From contig MU055269.1 in the NCBI GenBank assembly GCA_013239625.1, positions 2,968,441 through 3,032,440 of the forward strand: DNA of 64,000 nucleotides. Reading direction: 5' to 3'. Shown here piece by piece: positions 25,714-38,715 of this stretch. Position 1 is the stretch's first letter. Every line of letters starts with the position of its first letter. Source of the DNA: Lama guanicoe (Eukaryota). Both the position numbers and the translations under genes were made by a program. A model generated the notes under the pieces. It ran no database searches. It was given only the letters and a program-made list of their open reading frames with translations, and had not been told where the DNA came from.

Positions 25714-28019
25714 ATTACACATGAAGAAAAACAGCCAGCAGTGCAGGCTGCTCTGAAGGTCCCACATTTATTTGGGGATTCAACTGCTTGTCTTTGAAAA
25801 TAGAATCCCACTTAACCGCAGTGCCTGTTGTCTTCACGTGTGACTGAAGGGCGCACAGATGAGGGCGGCCGTCACACTGCGTGCACATGATTAACATGCT
25901 TTATGTGTTTTATTCAAAAAGCTGAATAGCGAGGCCAACACAGCACGTTCTGCTTTTCTACCTACAAAAACATACTATATAAATAGTAAAGACTGCAACA
26001 AAATCTTGAAAAAAAATGGAAAATAAAACTTGTGAATCCAAGTGATGTAGAAACCAAGTGCTTGCTTTTGGCACCTTTATACAACGAAGTGTTGGCTTTC
26101 CTATGAACTTTGGAGGGAAGAGGGAATGAAAGAACGCAGAGCCCAGGAAATGCGTTTTTTTTTAATTCGTTGGGTTCTTCTGTTGTTCCACCTTAAAGTA
26201 TTCTCAAGAATATGACTGAAACATACTATAAAATGCTCTGATTAATTTTAGGTCAGCGAGCCCGGGTGACGTTCATTAATACATTGGTTTAAAAAAGAGC
26301 ACTGTTGAAACACCCCCCAGGAGCACCCCACGGCAGCTCCATGCTAGGTGTGTAGACACCTGGAGATGCTCTCAGGCTGAAACACACTGGACGTTTGAGT
26401 ACCGGCAGCTTGTCCTGCAGGGCCCTGTGGCTGGTGGCCAGCTGGGTGCGGGGGCTGGGGGGGACAGGTTGCCTCGCTAGGCAGCAGGTGGAGCAGCCGG
26501 GCAGGATGCTGGGCACTCCCAGCCGCCCCCACAGGCGCCCTTGTGGAAGGTGAGTTTCAGGAGCACTGTGTCAGCATTCTTGGTCTTCCAGATGCTGCCT
26601 GGGCGTTTGGGCTCCGCTTCCTCCTGAGTTGGGGGTCATCAGTCAGAACCTTCCCTGCAGTTCGTCCATCTGTCTGTCTGTCTGTCGTCATGAGAAAGCT
26701 CTCCAGCGAGCAGGGCCCCTTGGAGAGGGTCACACCGGGCAGGGGGTGGGGGGCAGCACAAACCAAATAGGACACAGGGCTGCCCCCCTCCCTTCCCACG
26801 TGAGAGCACGGACCAGAAAATACAAATCACAGAAGGAAAATTCTGAGGAACAGGGATTATGAAAAGATACCTTAAAGACTGGAAGTCTGTTCCAGGTTTC
26901 CCGGGAGCACCTGGGTGGGCTCCATGTCTCCCGGGCCTTTTCTCTTCTGATCGTCAGGCCCGCCCACCGGGGCACCATCGACGGCTGGGGGGCTGCTGCC
27001 TTGCACACTGTGGTGTCCAGCAGGGTCCCCGACCTCCACTCCCAGATGCAGAAGCACACCGCTCCCAAGCGGTAAAGACCAAAATTCTCCAGCAACCGCG
27101 AACATCCCCTGGGGGCCAAATCAGCCCGGGGCCTCTGCCGTGCAGCCAGCCCTCTGGGTGGCAGCGTCCGGCAGGTCTCCTCTCTGTAAACCCCCAGCCC
27201 GGGCAAGAACTGCGGCCCATGGTCTGTAAAGGGGGAGCCTGCGGTTACGCAGTGCTTTCCTAGCATTCTCGCTAAGTCTGCGTTCATGATTCCGCTTGCA
27301 TTTTATAAACTTCGCGTAAAGCCCCACGGAGCGCTGCGGGCTTGCTCGCAGCTCTGATCCGTCCAGGGTGCCTGCAACGGAGCTTCCAAGAGGAGCCCCC
27401 CTTGCCCTTTCAGTTGTCATGAACTTGCTGTAGCAGCTTCAGGACGCACTCCTCGTGGTGCACCTCAGTGACAGGGCCCTCAGTTTAAGAAATGCCTCCG
27501 CCCATTATCCACCTGCAGCCCCAGCACTTCGTGGAAGAGCCAGGCCTCCGTTGACCTCACTTCTGACTGAAGGCGGCGGCCAGGGGTCGGGCTTAGGGCG
27601 AAGGGTGTGTGCACTTCGCAATCAGGTGGGTCGCTAGTCAGTGCTGGGGGGAGAAAAACTCAGGGGCGTCAGCCCCTGGAACCGGCGCGGGTCCCGCCCC
27701 ACGCCCTCAGGACGGCTGACCGGGCTCCCCAGCCCCAGGCCCTGAGTCTGGAATCACAGATTCCATCCCTCGTCCGTGGGTGCCCCCAACCCCTCCGCTC
27801 CCCAGTTCTACGGACGAGCTCAGTGAAGAGCTAGGGGACCGTTACTCCTGTTCCGTCAGGTTTACATGGTGGTGAGTTTAACAGAACTACAGTCAGAGTG
27901 ATTTGGGGGGTTATTTAGCAATTGAAAAATCTGCCACCAGGCCGAGTATTCATGGTGTCAAACAAAACACAAAGGTCATGCTAAGCAAACAGTAGGCACT
28001 TAAAAGTAAAGGGTCAGAA

Positions 28020-28240
28020 TCCATTCTTCAAACATTCTTTGAACGTCTATAGCTCAGTAACAAAAAACAGGCAGAAATTCCTGTCTTCATTGCTGCTTAA
28101 GTTCTGGTAAAAAGACACAACTGATAAAGAAGGAAGATATTTACAATATTACATGGTGACCACACTGCTCTGAGAAATCTTCAGCAGGAAAGAGGGTTAG
28201 AGATTGTGCACGTTGGTTGTAACATGAGGTTTTCATTAAA
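28020..28240 (-). mobile_element. L2 LINE 3' fragment
   Basis: cattcttcaaacattctttgaacgtcta...aacaggcagaaattcctgtcttcat...gcttaagttctggt. Confidence 0.55.
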
Positions 28241-29429
28241 GGAATTAAACACTGAAATGCTCTAATGTAAAGAATATTTTCTGTTAAAGAAATGAACAGC
28301 ACTGAAAATACTTTAGAATGAGCACTCACTTCTAATTGCACGTAACTAAAACTGATCTGAATAATCAAGCTGATCGTGGAACAGAGCCAGGAAGCAGATA
28401 CGGTCTCCAACCAACAAGCTCCCTTTCAAAAATCCCCAACTTCACGCCAGCCAGTTTGTTCTCCACCTTCTCCGTAGCACCAATCAAAGGCCTGATTTGG
28501 GTGGGATGACTGTGTTCTTTTCGAATGAATGAGATCATGGCTGCTCAGGACACAGAGCAAAATGCGGGTGTGCATCAGATTGGGGGGAAAACCTGATGGA
28601 GGACACGGGGAGGCTGCCCGGGCAGGCAGTCCTCCATGGCATCTCTCAGAGCCCCGCCCAGGATCTCACAGAGGGCGCAGGGACCCCTGCTCACTGGCAG
28701 ACCGGCTGCCTCTTGGGAGCCTTGGGGAGCAGGCAGCCCCCTTCACTGCCATCACTTGCCTCTGCTGCCCTGGCCCCGGGGGTCCTCTCCCCTCCTCGCC
28801 ATCCCCCTCCCTCGGCCCCAGCTGGTCCCTCTTCCCCACCCCTGCAGTACCCACTCCTCTGGGTCTGGAATCAAGTCTGTCTGCAGGCAGTGAGTGTCCT
28901 GATCAGGGAGGAAGCCCCAGCCCGGCTGGTTCCCCAGCAGGATGGCTCTGGCCCCTTGCGAGGACACCTTCCCATGGGCGTTGGCTATCTCCTGGCCACT
29001 TAAACATGGAACGTTGAAATCAGCCCCGGCCCCCACTGCCCAGCGTTGGCTGGCAGGGCACTTCCCGACGTGGTTTCCCAGGTGTGGCGGAGCGCGGTGG
29101 ACACCCTTGCAGGGCGGGCGGCGTCCAGAAGGGAGACTGGCCCTGGGCCAGGTGAGCGCAGCCACCCGGGCCTCCTCCGCCGGCTCTCCTGGCCCCCAGG
29201 GAGGGCGGGACGGCCAGCAAGGAACCTGACCAGGGCCCTGGCGCCAGCAGAGCACCCGCCTCCGTGGCTGGGAGCTGCGGCGCAGAGAAAACACCTTAAC
29301 TCAGCGCGGGACCACCTTCCGAGTGCAGCTGGAGTGGGAAGCTGTCTGCCTCAGCCGTTAGAAAGGCGCGGGGAAATTACCTCGCGTTCCCTGTAGAGGC
29401 ACGCACCAGCCCGCCCGGCCCAGCCTCTC

Positions 29430-29790
29430 AGCGCCGCGGTAATGCGGCCCTATCAGGTTTAATGGCCCCGCGCTGGATTCAGGAGGTATTATGGATTGTA
29501 CAGCAAGCATATTGTCATTAAATTAAATTTTCAGAACATCCCCCAGCTCATCACAAATACCACAGAGAGTCATCATAATCGGCTCTCAACACATGTGTAA
29601 TTGCCTTCAGCTGGCGTTTTTTACAGTTGACATTGCTCAGCAGTGATAAGGTGATTGGCGATTTGAATACACAGCTTGTTTCATAGCCGCCGTAATTGAA
29701 ATATGGTGTGTGTGAATGGAAGATTGCATTAAGACCCAGGATAATCACCTGACACGCGAGTAATTGAGTCTACAATCTGCCACTGGGTCT
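29430..29790. promoter_or_regulatory. Candidate CNE/enhancer
   Basis: ttaatggcc, tgtcattaaaattaaa, three gtaattg, ttgacatt, gataag, tgattggc in 360 bp of non-repetitive sequence. Confidence 0.75.
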
Positions 29791-30010
29791 CTGAGGGAGG
29801 CCGGGAACGGCGAGAAGCCCATTAGCGGATCACACCACGGCCGCCTGGCTCCGCGCGCCCGTGCCAGGCTGGCGTTCCGCGCCGCGGGCGCCCAGCCGCG
29901 CCGTCGAGGGCCGGAACCGGGGCGGGGCGGGCCTCCTCCGGGAGAGCCGGCGGGTTCTAGAGCAGCAGCGCGCTGCTTTCCATGTTCTCCTCCGCTGGGT
30001 GCTGGCGGCC
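29790..30010. promoter_or_regulatory. Orphan CpG island abutting CNE
   Basis: ccgcgccgcgggcgcccagccgcgccgtcg; GC box ggggcggggcggg. Confidence 0.65.
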
Positions 30011-31774
30011 AGAGCCAGCGAGCCAAGAGAGAGGACTAAAGCTGGCTCCCGCCGTCTTCCCACCCCTGCATCTCTCCCTCCCTCTCTCCTCCTCCTCCTC
30101 AAGCCTCCTTCCTTCTGTCCCAGGGGTCCTGCTGCCTCCCTTGCGGTGTGCTCAGGTTAACTGGGTTCAGGGGTCACCTCGGGAGAACTGACCAGAAGAA
30201 CTTAAAAAGCCCCCCTGCCTTGGGGTCCCGGGACCCACGGACATGAGCGCACGCACACGTGCACTGGAGCGCCAAGGTCCAACATGACCGCGATCCAGGC
30301 CCCGGAGGCAAAAACCTCCTTTTGTCCGTGGACTGCGCCTGGTGGCACCGTGCTGGGCAAGATCACCTTCTGGTGGAGGTACCCTTGCCAACCTGACTCC
30401 CCCGGTCCCGAGCGGAGCAATGGCGTGTGAACAACACAGCGCGGCGCCCCCTCCTCCTCCAAGCCTGCGTTGCGCATCCTGCGCCCCGAGCTGCGCTGGA
30501 TCAGACACCTGCAGACATTCGCGGGGGCAGCTTCTGCACTGCCACGTGTTAAATCTGGACAGCCGTTTAGACATTACTGACAGTGGCATGCAGCAGGCAG
30601 CACCTCTGCCCCTGTTTTGTTTTTTGGAGTTTAAAAAAAATCCTGGACTTTCTGTATTGCAAAATCTCCTTGAAACCCACATGTAACTTTTTAAGGGTGG
30701 AAATACCATTTTATCTAAAAAGCTGACTTCACCATTTAAATGCACTAAAACACAGGAAGTTAAAAAAAGAAAACTAAAATGAGCCTGGGTACAGCGTTCT
30801 GGCAGCCCCTTTCCCACACGCGGGACAAGGGACGACGAAGACAGGCAGTGAGGAGACAGAGGCGGGAGGGTCTGACACGGGCACCGTGCACCTCCAGGGC
30901 TCCCCAGCGTGCTGGCTGGCTGGGAGGGAACACAGATCACCTGGGCACAGAGCCTTAATCAGATGTGGGCGGCAGGACGGCTTCCTGAAAAGGCTTCCGG
31001 GGGAGACGCTGCGGCGAAGTCCTCCTCTGAACAAGGACTCCGCGCCAGCCAGGAGGAGCAGCCACCCTCGGCCCCCGAGGACCCCGGCCGGAGCGTGGCT
31101 AGGGGCTCCCAGCATCCCCTCTGCCCGCCCTACGTCCCCGTCCACACGCACAGGTGCGCTGGGGCCTGCGGCTGTCCCCCTGCGGGCACACACGGGTCAG
31201 CATGTGCTCACCTGCGGTTTATTTAGATTCTGTGTCCTGCTGCGTCTCCTCCCACAGTTCCTGCTCTGCACGTCTGTACCTGCTACATACGTTTTGTGAA
31301 ATCAATAAATGGATGACAGGGGAGGAGTGGAAACTCCGATCCTACACAAATTCATAGAAAAATAAATTTGGACTATTCCTTACCAGACAGACTTACTCTA
31401 ACCCTCGTGAACGGGAAATTCATGGCAGAGGAGAATCAGTTTAAAGATTATCTACTGACTTTGGAGAACAGTAGCTGCTGACTGTCACTGAGCTCTAATT
31501 ACCTGCCAGACACGGTTCCAGACACACCGCTGAGATCAGCTCCCGCATCCTGACCGAGTCCCGCCCCCTCCCGGAGGCGGCACTGTCGCAGCCCCGACGC
31601 ACAGGTGGGCAGACTCAGCGACACAGGTGTTCCGTGCCTCCCCCAGATGCTCCAGTGCCTGTGGAAGGGCTAGGTGCGAACCCAAGTCTGCGCCTCTGCA
31701 CACCTGCTGTATGTGCCAGCTGTATACAACCTCAGTGGGCCCTCCGGGACAGGAAGGGGTCACCTTGTTTCACC

Positions 31775-31865
31775 CTAGTCTGGATTTTACACACATCATT
31801 TCATTTAATCCTCTTCGGAAACATGCGAGTCACGTGTTTCCATAAAACTCCTGTGGAAACTAGCA
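31775..31865 (-). mobile_element. MIR fragment
   Basis: tttacacacatcatttcatttaatcctc matches MIR. Confidence 0.55.
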
Positions 31866-34059
31866 GCAGGAGGCGCAGCTGGGGTTTGAGGGTGGGGGCC
31901 GGTCAGTTCCCGTAACTGTGGGGTCTCAGTGGGCCCTGCTCCGGGCGCTAGGGCTGGTGACACATTCACACGCACTGTGCTGCCAGCCAGCACAATGCCC
32001 TCCTCAGTAGAGGGAGCAGCTTGGTAAGAAGCCGCGGCCAACCTCTCGTCCTTCCTGGGTAGAAGCCACAGCACTGGTTCTGGGTAAGTTTCCTTCCAGA
32101 AGAAAATTCGGTCAAACTCTGACGGCATACATTCTGAGAAATTTGAAGGCAGGAGGGGTTCAAAACTCTGCAACCCCCAGAGGCTTCCATGATTTTGAAG
32201 ACTTTGTCTACCCAAGCAACCAGACTTATTCAGCAAAAACTCACTCGTTCCTCCATTCTGCCCAGCACAGGCGTGTACTTGTGAATGCAAGAGACGGGGG
32301 CTGGCATTTGGAGCGACAATTACAGCTAAAACCAAGGTATTACTATCTCAGTGAGCTTTCCAAGACTACGAATGCAAATTTCTGTTCCTTTTCTGAAAAT
32401 AGTCAAGTGTCTTTTGGGGGCACATCTGGGTCTTTGGGGGCCCTCTCGGGACTTCGGGTGCTGGACCAGGTATTTCACAGCTGAACCGTCAGAGCAAGCG
32501 GTGGTTCTGCCTGGGGAGCCCTGGCCCTTTGGAAGGACACCACCAAGGCCACCCTCACGAGAGGCATAGCTTTCTTGGGGAGCTTCAGAGACAAACAATC
32601 CGGGGTCAGACAGAACCAGTTCCTGCCTAGAAAGACCACGCATGCTCGCATCTCCAGGAGGGAAGGGCAAGCCGGCAGCCACGAGGCCAGCGCGCCAAAC
32701 ATCCGCGGTCAGTTTGCAGAGATGTCGGTCTTCCCTGGAGCCCTGCAACCCCCTCCCCAAACCACAGAGCTTCTCCCGAGTCAGGCCGCCAAGCGCCAGC
32801 CCTGACTCGGTCACTAGCTTTCTCCGGGTCTGTTTCCTCCGCAGCAAAATGGGTCTCTTAATGGTAACAGCCTTGTGGGGTTGGGGGGCACCACGTGCAG
32901 GGGTGGGCTGCTGTCCTGCACATGCAGGATGTGCAGACATCGGTTATTGCTGCAATTTCCAGTCGCCCTCAGAATTTAGACAGTGTGAGGTTTATTGGCT
33001 CAGAGAAGTCAGCTCGCCCACCTCAATTATTCCAAAGATGAAAGAAAAACGGTGCCTGCTTGTTTCCCAGGTCCACGCATTACTGAGAATTCACCTGCAG
33101 GTTTGAGGTTAGAGGGACGCCAGTCAAAGCACCCAGGGCGGTTTGTTTCCACGTCCACGTGCCTTCCGTGCCTCAGAGACCAGGCAGGCTCCTCCGACTG
33201 TCCCCACCGCTCAGGTTTCGCTGTCCCTCGGGCTCCAGCCACCTCCCTGGCAGCCAGGACGCACCTGGAGTCAGGCTGGGCTCCCTGGCCTCCGCCCTGC
33301 TCCCCTCCCCACGTGATCTGAGGATGTCCCGTGACCTTCGTCAGGCCGATCCTCAACTAAAAAGTGGAGATGAGCACCCTCCCCACCTTCCCCCCAAATC
33401 CATGGTGAAGGTTTAAAGTAGAAGTGTGGTTATCTGAAGCCCCGTGAAAACCGCTACCTGCAGTGTGCTGCAAGCCGCTGCCCTGTGTCCCTGGTCCTCT
33501 CTCTGCGTCACATCAGTCCAGGAAACTGTGAAAAGGCACAAACAGCACGAAGCCATGTCTGATCTAAGGGGCTCCTTGTGTTGAACAGACCCAAGTCTGC
33601 CCCACAGGAGACCCTCCGATGAGCATGAGCTCCATCACGAGCTGTTCTCGCCCTTGGGGGGCCCTGGGGGCACCCGTGAACCCCAACTAAAGTATTGATG
33701 GGAAAGCCCCAGGGGGGCTTAAAACGCTATGTCTCCTCCTTGGATCAGAAGTCACAGGGTTTTCAGGATCCTCTGTCTGACCATCCAGGCAGACTGAGAA
33801 ACTCTTTGATGCAGACCCCACGCCAAGGCAGAGCACGGAGGACTGAGAGCACAGACAGCCCTGATCTGAGAGCAGGAGAGGAAGCTCGGGGTGACCCTGG
33901 GTGCTCATCGCTCAGAGCACGGCATACGACCCAAAACCAAGTCTGCATCCAGCAGGAAACGTAAAAATAAAAGCTTGGGTTCCTCTTTTTATGGAATTTC
34001 CTCCCCCATAAATGGGTTCTTCGGAGCTGGAGAGACCCCGGTACTTTTTTTCTGAGAAG

Positions 34060-34400
34060 CTGACAGTCACAACTTCACTTTGTTTGCCCATAAAGTAGCA
34101 AAGTTTTACAACATACGAAAAATGCAGGAGTCCTGTGTGACACTGTCAGCATCATTTACGGCACAATTTTACCCCGAGGGAGAAGTGTCATAAAAGAGAA
34201 ATAACTCGTATCAACAGCCCCAACATGACTTGTGTCATAAATACGTCAGATTTCTGAAAGGGAACCAATAAAGTCCCAGCAAATACAATTTTTTCCACTA
34301 AATAATCACCCTGACCTTTTCCAGCCACATCAACCTGCAAAAAAAAACTGAAACACTGGTCTTGAGGAAACAGTAAAAATGAGTCCATTCTCAAAGGTGA
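34060..34400. promoter_or_regulatory. Candidate posterior-HOX/CDX plus MEIS enhancer
   Basis: cccataaa 34087, tgacactgtca 34138, tttacg 34155, gtcataaa 34187 and 34234, ccaataaa 34265. Confidence 0.65.
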
Positions 34401-35985
34401 AGGTGGCCGCTGGCTCGGACGGGCTGGAAAGAGCTGCGTGGACGTGGACTGGCTGTGGTCCTGCCTGGGAGACGAGGTGCCGAGGCAGCTCAGTGTGACG
34501 GGGGATCGCTCATTCTTCTCCTAACGAGGAGTCCACCAGGACATCACATCCGACACGTTCTCATCTACTCTCCACGGGCGGATTCAGGGCCATCACACTC
34601 ACACTGCTGCGCTCCTGTGCCCTCTGGTCCTCCTTCACAGACACACGTGCCCACGTGCACACACACACACACCCACGTGCACACACAGGCACACAGAAGG
34701 CACAGCCCCCACCTTCTGACCCCTTGTTTGATGCTCAGCGGTCGGCTGGGTGATGAGCTGTCATGAAGCTGGGTTCCTCCTGAAACCCCTGAGGTGTCTG
34801 CTTTCAAAAAGGAACCCTATATGCACCTGGGCTCTGACAGTGCTCAGATGTGGGCAGCCCATCACTGACGGACGGCCTGTGCCCGCGTGGATTCAGGGAT
34901 GAAATGTGTGGAAAATCATGCCTGGACCTTCACCCCAGACCTCCTGAATCAGCCGGGCAGCCTGCGATTTCTGGGATTCCGGTGTGCGGATGGAGCACAG
35001 GGATGTGTCAGAGCTATGCACACGCACACGTTGCACACATACACGTGTATGTGGGTGTGTATATAGGACATGAAGTATTCGACACATCTGAAAATTCAGT
35101 GGCTGTTAGAAGAACTGCCGTGAAATTCCAGATTCAGCGAGTGAAGTGTCTTTCCTTATGAGAGGAAACTCCGGCCCCTCAGTCTCTGAATTCCGGGAAT
35201 GGGACTTCCCGGCTCAGGAAGGAGACGCTCACAGCCCCGTTGCCCATCTGCACGAGGTTGGGGGGAAGAGGCTGGCAGAGAGCGTCAGCTTGTTTCCAAG
35301 CAGAGAATCAACTTTCCAAGCAAGTTGTACTTTGTATTTTGTCAGTTTTTTTAGTTTTATTTACTTTATATTTTGTGTTTGATGTTGTCTGAGCACAACT
35401 GCCTTGATAAAAACAAAATCTGATTTGGAGCCATGGACACGCGCCCGCAGCCTTACAACCTCCCTCAGACTTGCTGGATTTCGTCTGTAGTGCACAAAAA
35501 CAAAAGCAATAAAAGGTTCATACAGATCAGTGCAGGCAAGAGGTAGAAGTGTCGAGCTTTGTTTTTGCCAAATAGTTCACAGTCTCCACACACAGGCATC
35601 AGGCGCGTCACGAGGAAATCCACAGAGTGAAATCAGCAGGCTCGACAACTGAAAGAATTACACCCTCTTCCCCCCAAACTCCAGAAAACTGAATGATCCA
35701 GCAGAAATGGAAGAGACTCAAATAGAAGAACACAAATATGACGGCAACAGGGAGGCAGAGTGACCCCAACAGAGGAGCCAGCGCATGGCTGGCACTTGCA
35801 GGGGGAGCCCCAGGGGCAGCCCCACTCTCAGGGCTGGGGCAAGGGGGGGTTACCAGAGCGGAGGAGGCGGACGAAGGACTGTGAGCCACTGCTGGGACCT
35901 GGACGAGAGAGAGAGCTGCCCACGGCCACAGGTCCTGCTGGGAAGGGCAGTGAGGCTGGTCCCCGGAGGCCGAGAGAAGCTGCCG

Positions 35986-36026
35986 GCTGGACCAGATGCT
36001 GGCCTGGATGCTGGCCCGGATGCTGG
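35986..36026 (+). repeat. 12-bp tandem repeat, about 3.4 copies
   Basis: gctggaccagat gctggcctggat gctggcccggat gctgg. Confidence 0.8.
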
Positions 36027-36169
36027 AGGAAACAGCTCACACACAGGGAGGCACAGGTCCACTCTCCCCTCCCGCTCCTTTCAGCCCCAGGCTCTCGGAG
36101 CAGATGCGGAACTGAGAGGAACACAGAATGTGGGAGGGAGAGCTGAGATACAGCAGGTGAATGGCACCT

Positions 36170-37860
36170 GCCTTTGGAACAAGACATTAAGAAACATGGA
36201 GGGACGAATGAGAAAGTCTGATAAACAAATACTATGCTTTCTAGAAAAGGAGGAGAGACTAACGTGGGGAGAGACATCACTGACAGAGATGAAGGGAAGG
36301 CTTTCCTAGAAACGGCGAAGGACAGCAAGTCCCTGCACCACACGCAGAATGCACAAGCGGCCGGCACCGAGGCCTGCCACGGGTGTCACAGGACACTGAG
36401 GCCGGGAGACCGCCTCAACAGCAGCGCGAGGACGACTTCCTGCAAAGGTACAGTATTGACGGAGGGCTGAATCCTCAACAGCAACAGTAGAAGCAGAAGA
36501 CGCATGAACAGTGTTCAAAATGCTGGGGGAATTCCCCACGCACCTGCGGCGGTTTGCCCAGCTGAGTCATCATTCGTAAGCAAGGGTGACCCGTGACAAC
36601 ATTAATATTTACAGCATTTACAACATGCTCTGAGGGTGCAGACAGCGCCGAGCGTTCACACATACGAAATCTTGTAACCTCCACGAAGAGCCCCTGTTGG
36701 AACGGCACTACTCATGGCCCCACTTTGCGGACGACAAAATTTAAGTACAGAAGCCTTAAATCATTGCCCAAAATGTGCGCGTCTGGTAGGACTAAGATGG
36801 CTTCCTGACGACATGGTCCCAAAGGAGGAAACTCCCGGAGGTTGTGTTTTGTGGATCCCAGAGAAATACATAGGGCGTTTCTAAAAAATGGATTGTGACC
36901 AAAAGATATTCATAAACGTATGGGTTCATGTTGGTAAGCCCTAAGCGCATAAAACAACATGAGCACAAGGAAGATTAACTGGAGAGGATAAGAACCAGAT
37001 GAGGTACCAGGTGATACCAGGTGGCCACACGAGGCAGCGCTAAGCTGTGGCACCGGGGCGATGGCCAGAATGAGAGGCTTCTGAGGGTTCACACTGAGGG
37101 GAGGAGGCAGAGAATCTGCTTCCATGTCTAGTCAAGAATGCTTAATTATTCACAGCACGCCCCTGAACTAATAAAAATACGACGTCTAACCACATTACAT
37201 TGGAAAGATAATAATGGGAAAATATAATAGATAAGAAACTCCAGTTGCTTAAAAAATCTGGTGGACTGTTAATAGACGACAGACATTAATAGTTAAGCAT
37301 TATACATGGCTCAGTATAACGATAATGAAACACTTCACCAGGAAGATGACAATTCTGAAGTTTCAATTACTTAATAACAACTTTAAAATATAAAGAAAAA
37401 CAGTAGAATTACAAGAAAACATTGAAAATCTATAATCACAGCGGTATAATGTAACACTTTTTTGTTGACAGCTGACAGGGGCAATAGGCCAAAAAGCAGT
37501 GTTTACAGAGAGACATAAAATGTGTCTCAAGCCCGGTGTGACGGACGTCTCTAGGCAGAGCACTGTCCTCGGCACCTGGGGAGACGCACGTTCGGGCGCG
37601 TAGGCGGCTCACGAGACTGAGCACGTGCCGGACAAAGAAGGAAAGCGCAGGAAGTCCCGGGGCCTGGCGGGACAAGCGCACGTTCCAGCGAACAGCTTAG
37701 CGGAGATAACAAGAGATGACGCCGTTGGTTTGGAACCATGAGAACCAAACAACTTAGGAGTCAGAGATCATGACCGAAATTAGAAAACATGTAGAAAGGA
37801 GCGACGATAAATATACGTCAAAATGTGACCTGAAGCCACGCTTGCGGGAAGACACACGAC
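36170..37860 (+). mobile_element. Ancient L1 relic, ORF1 through ORF2 endonuclease region
   Basis: LRNMEGRMRKSDKQILCFLEKEER resembles L1 ORF1p LRDMEDRMRRSNIRLIGVPEGEER; caacagcaacagtagaagcagaagac; ttcaccaggaagatgacaattctgaa; gaaattagaaaaca. Confidence 0.8.
36595..36795 (-). mobile_element. MIR nested in the L1 relic
   Basis: ccccactttgcggacgacaaaatttaagtacagaagccttaaatcattgcccaaa matches MIR core. Confidence 0.65.
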
Positions 37861-37919
37861 CATGAAAGGTCAGATTCAGGATGCGGATTGTGAAAATGGA
37901 CACAGTTGCCCTTAGAGAC

Positions 37920-38460
37920 TGAGGAAGGACAGATGTCCCTCACTCACCTGACACAGTGCAACCTTCATACCAAGCTTGGGCAGCGGCAGTCCAGGAAAGG
38001 AGGGTTACAGGCCAACCCCTGAGCCTCTCAGAGGGGTGGCTGGGTGGTGGGCGGGCAGGAGAGGCCTGTCCAGGAGCCGGTACTCGGCCAGGACCCTGCG
38101 GAGAAGACTTGGCAGGAGGGCTTCCCGGGGCAGGGGGTCAGGCAAACACGAAGAGATCCCGAGCCAAGGACGACAGGGCATCACAGAGGCCAGGGTGGTC
38201 CAGCCCCTGGGCAGAGAAGGGCAGGGAGGAGGTACCCCACGGGGCTGGGACGCAGGTGACGGAGGCCCCGGGGGCAGCTGAAAGGAGGCTGGATTCTGGC
38301 CCCAGTCGGCAGCCGTGGAGGCTTCAACAGCTGCAGAGGGCTGGTCAGCAGAGTCAGGAGGGAAGGGCGGCCAGAGTGAGCTGGCAGGAGCCCCGGCAGC
38401 GGGCCGCCCAGGCCCCGTGCGGTCAGAGCACGGGCCGCCAGTGGAAACGCAGCAGAAAGG
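37920..38460 (-). mobile_element. L2 LINE fragment
   Basis: gagggcttcccggggcagggggtcagg...gaggccagggtggtccag...ggctggattctgg...gccgtggagg follows L2 reverse consensus. Confidence 0.55.
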
Positions 38461-38604
38461 CATTAGTGAGACAGACGGGGTCCAGCAATCACCTTCCAGG
38501 CACCTTCCAGTAATACGTGATACAGAAATGGGACTAAATTGTAATTAGGTAGATTCACTGAATATTTGTTTTAGAATCTCAGAAAATTTTAAATCTGCGG
38601 GGCG

Positions 38605-38715
38605 CTACCATCTACCCCATCTTTCAGGTGGAGAAACTGGGGCATAGAGAGACTATGTGCTTCACAAAATGAGAAAATGTGGGAGCAAGAATGAGATTCC
38701 AGACCCACAGACTTA
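38605..38715 (-). mobile_element. MIR fragment
   Basis: ccccatctttcaggtggagaaactggggcatagagag. Confidence 0.6.

Larger units (their letters stand above)
24090..25930. promoter_or_regulatory. Dense CNE cluster containing three N-runs
   Basis: Repeat-free AT-rich flanks with gtaaattaa, ttcataaa, gtaatcc, attaatgg, tgacaattaa, ctaattaat. Confidence 0.75.
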
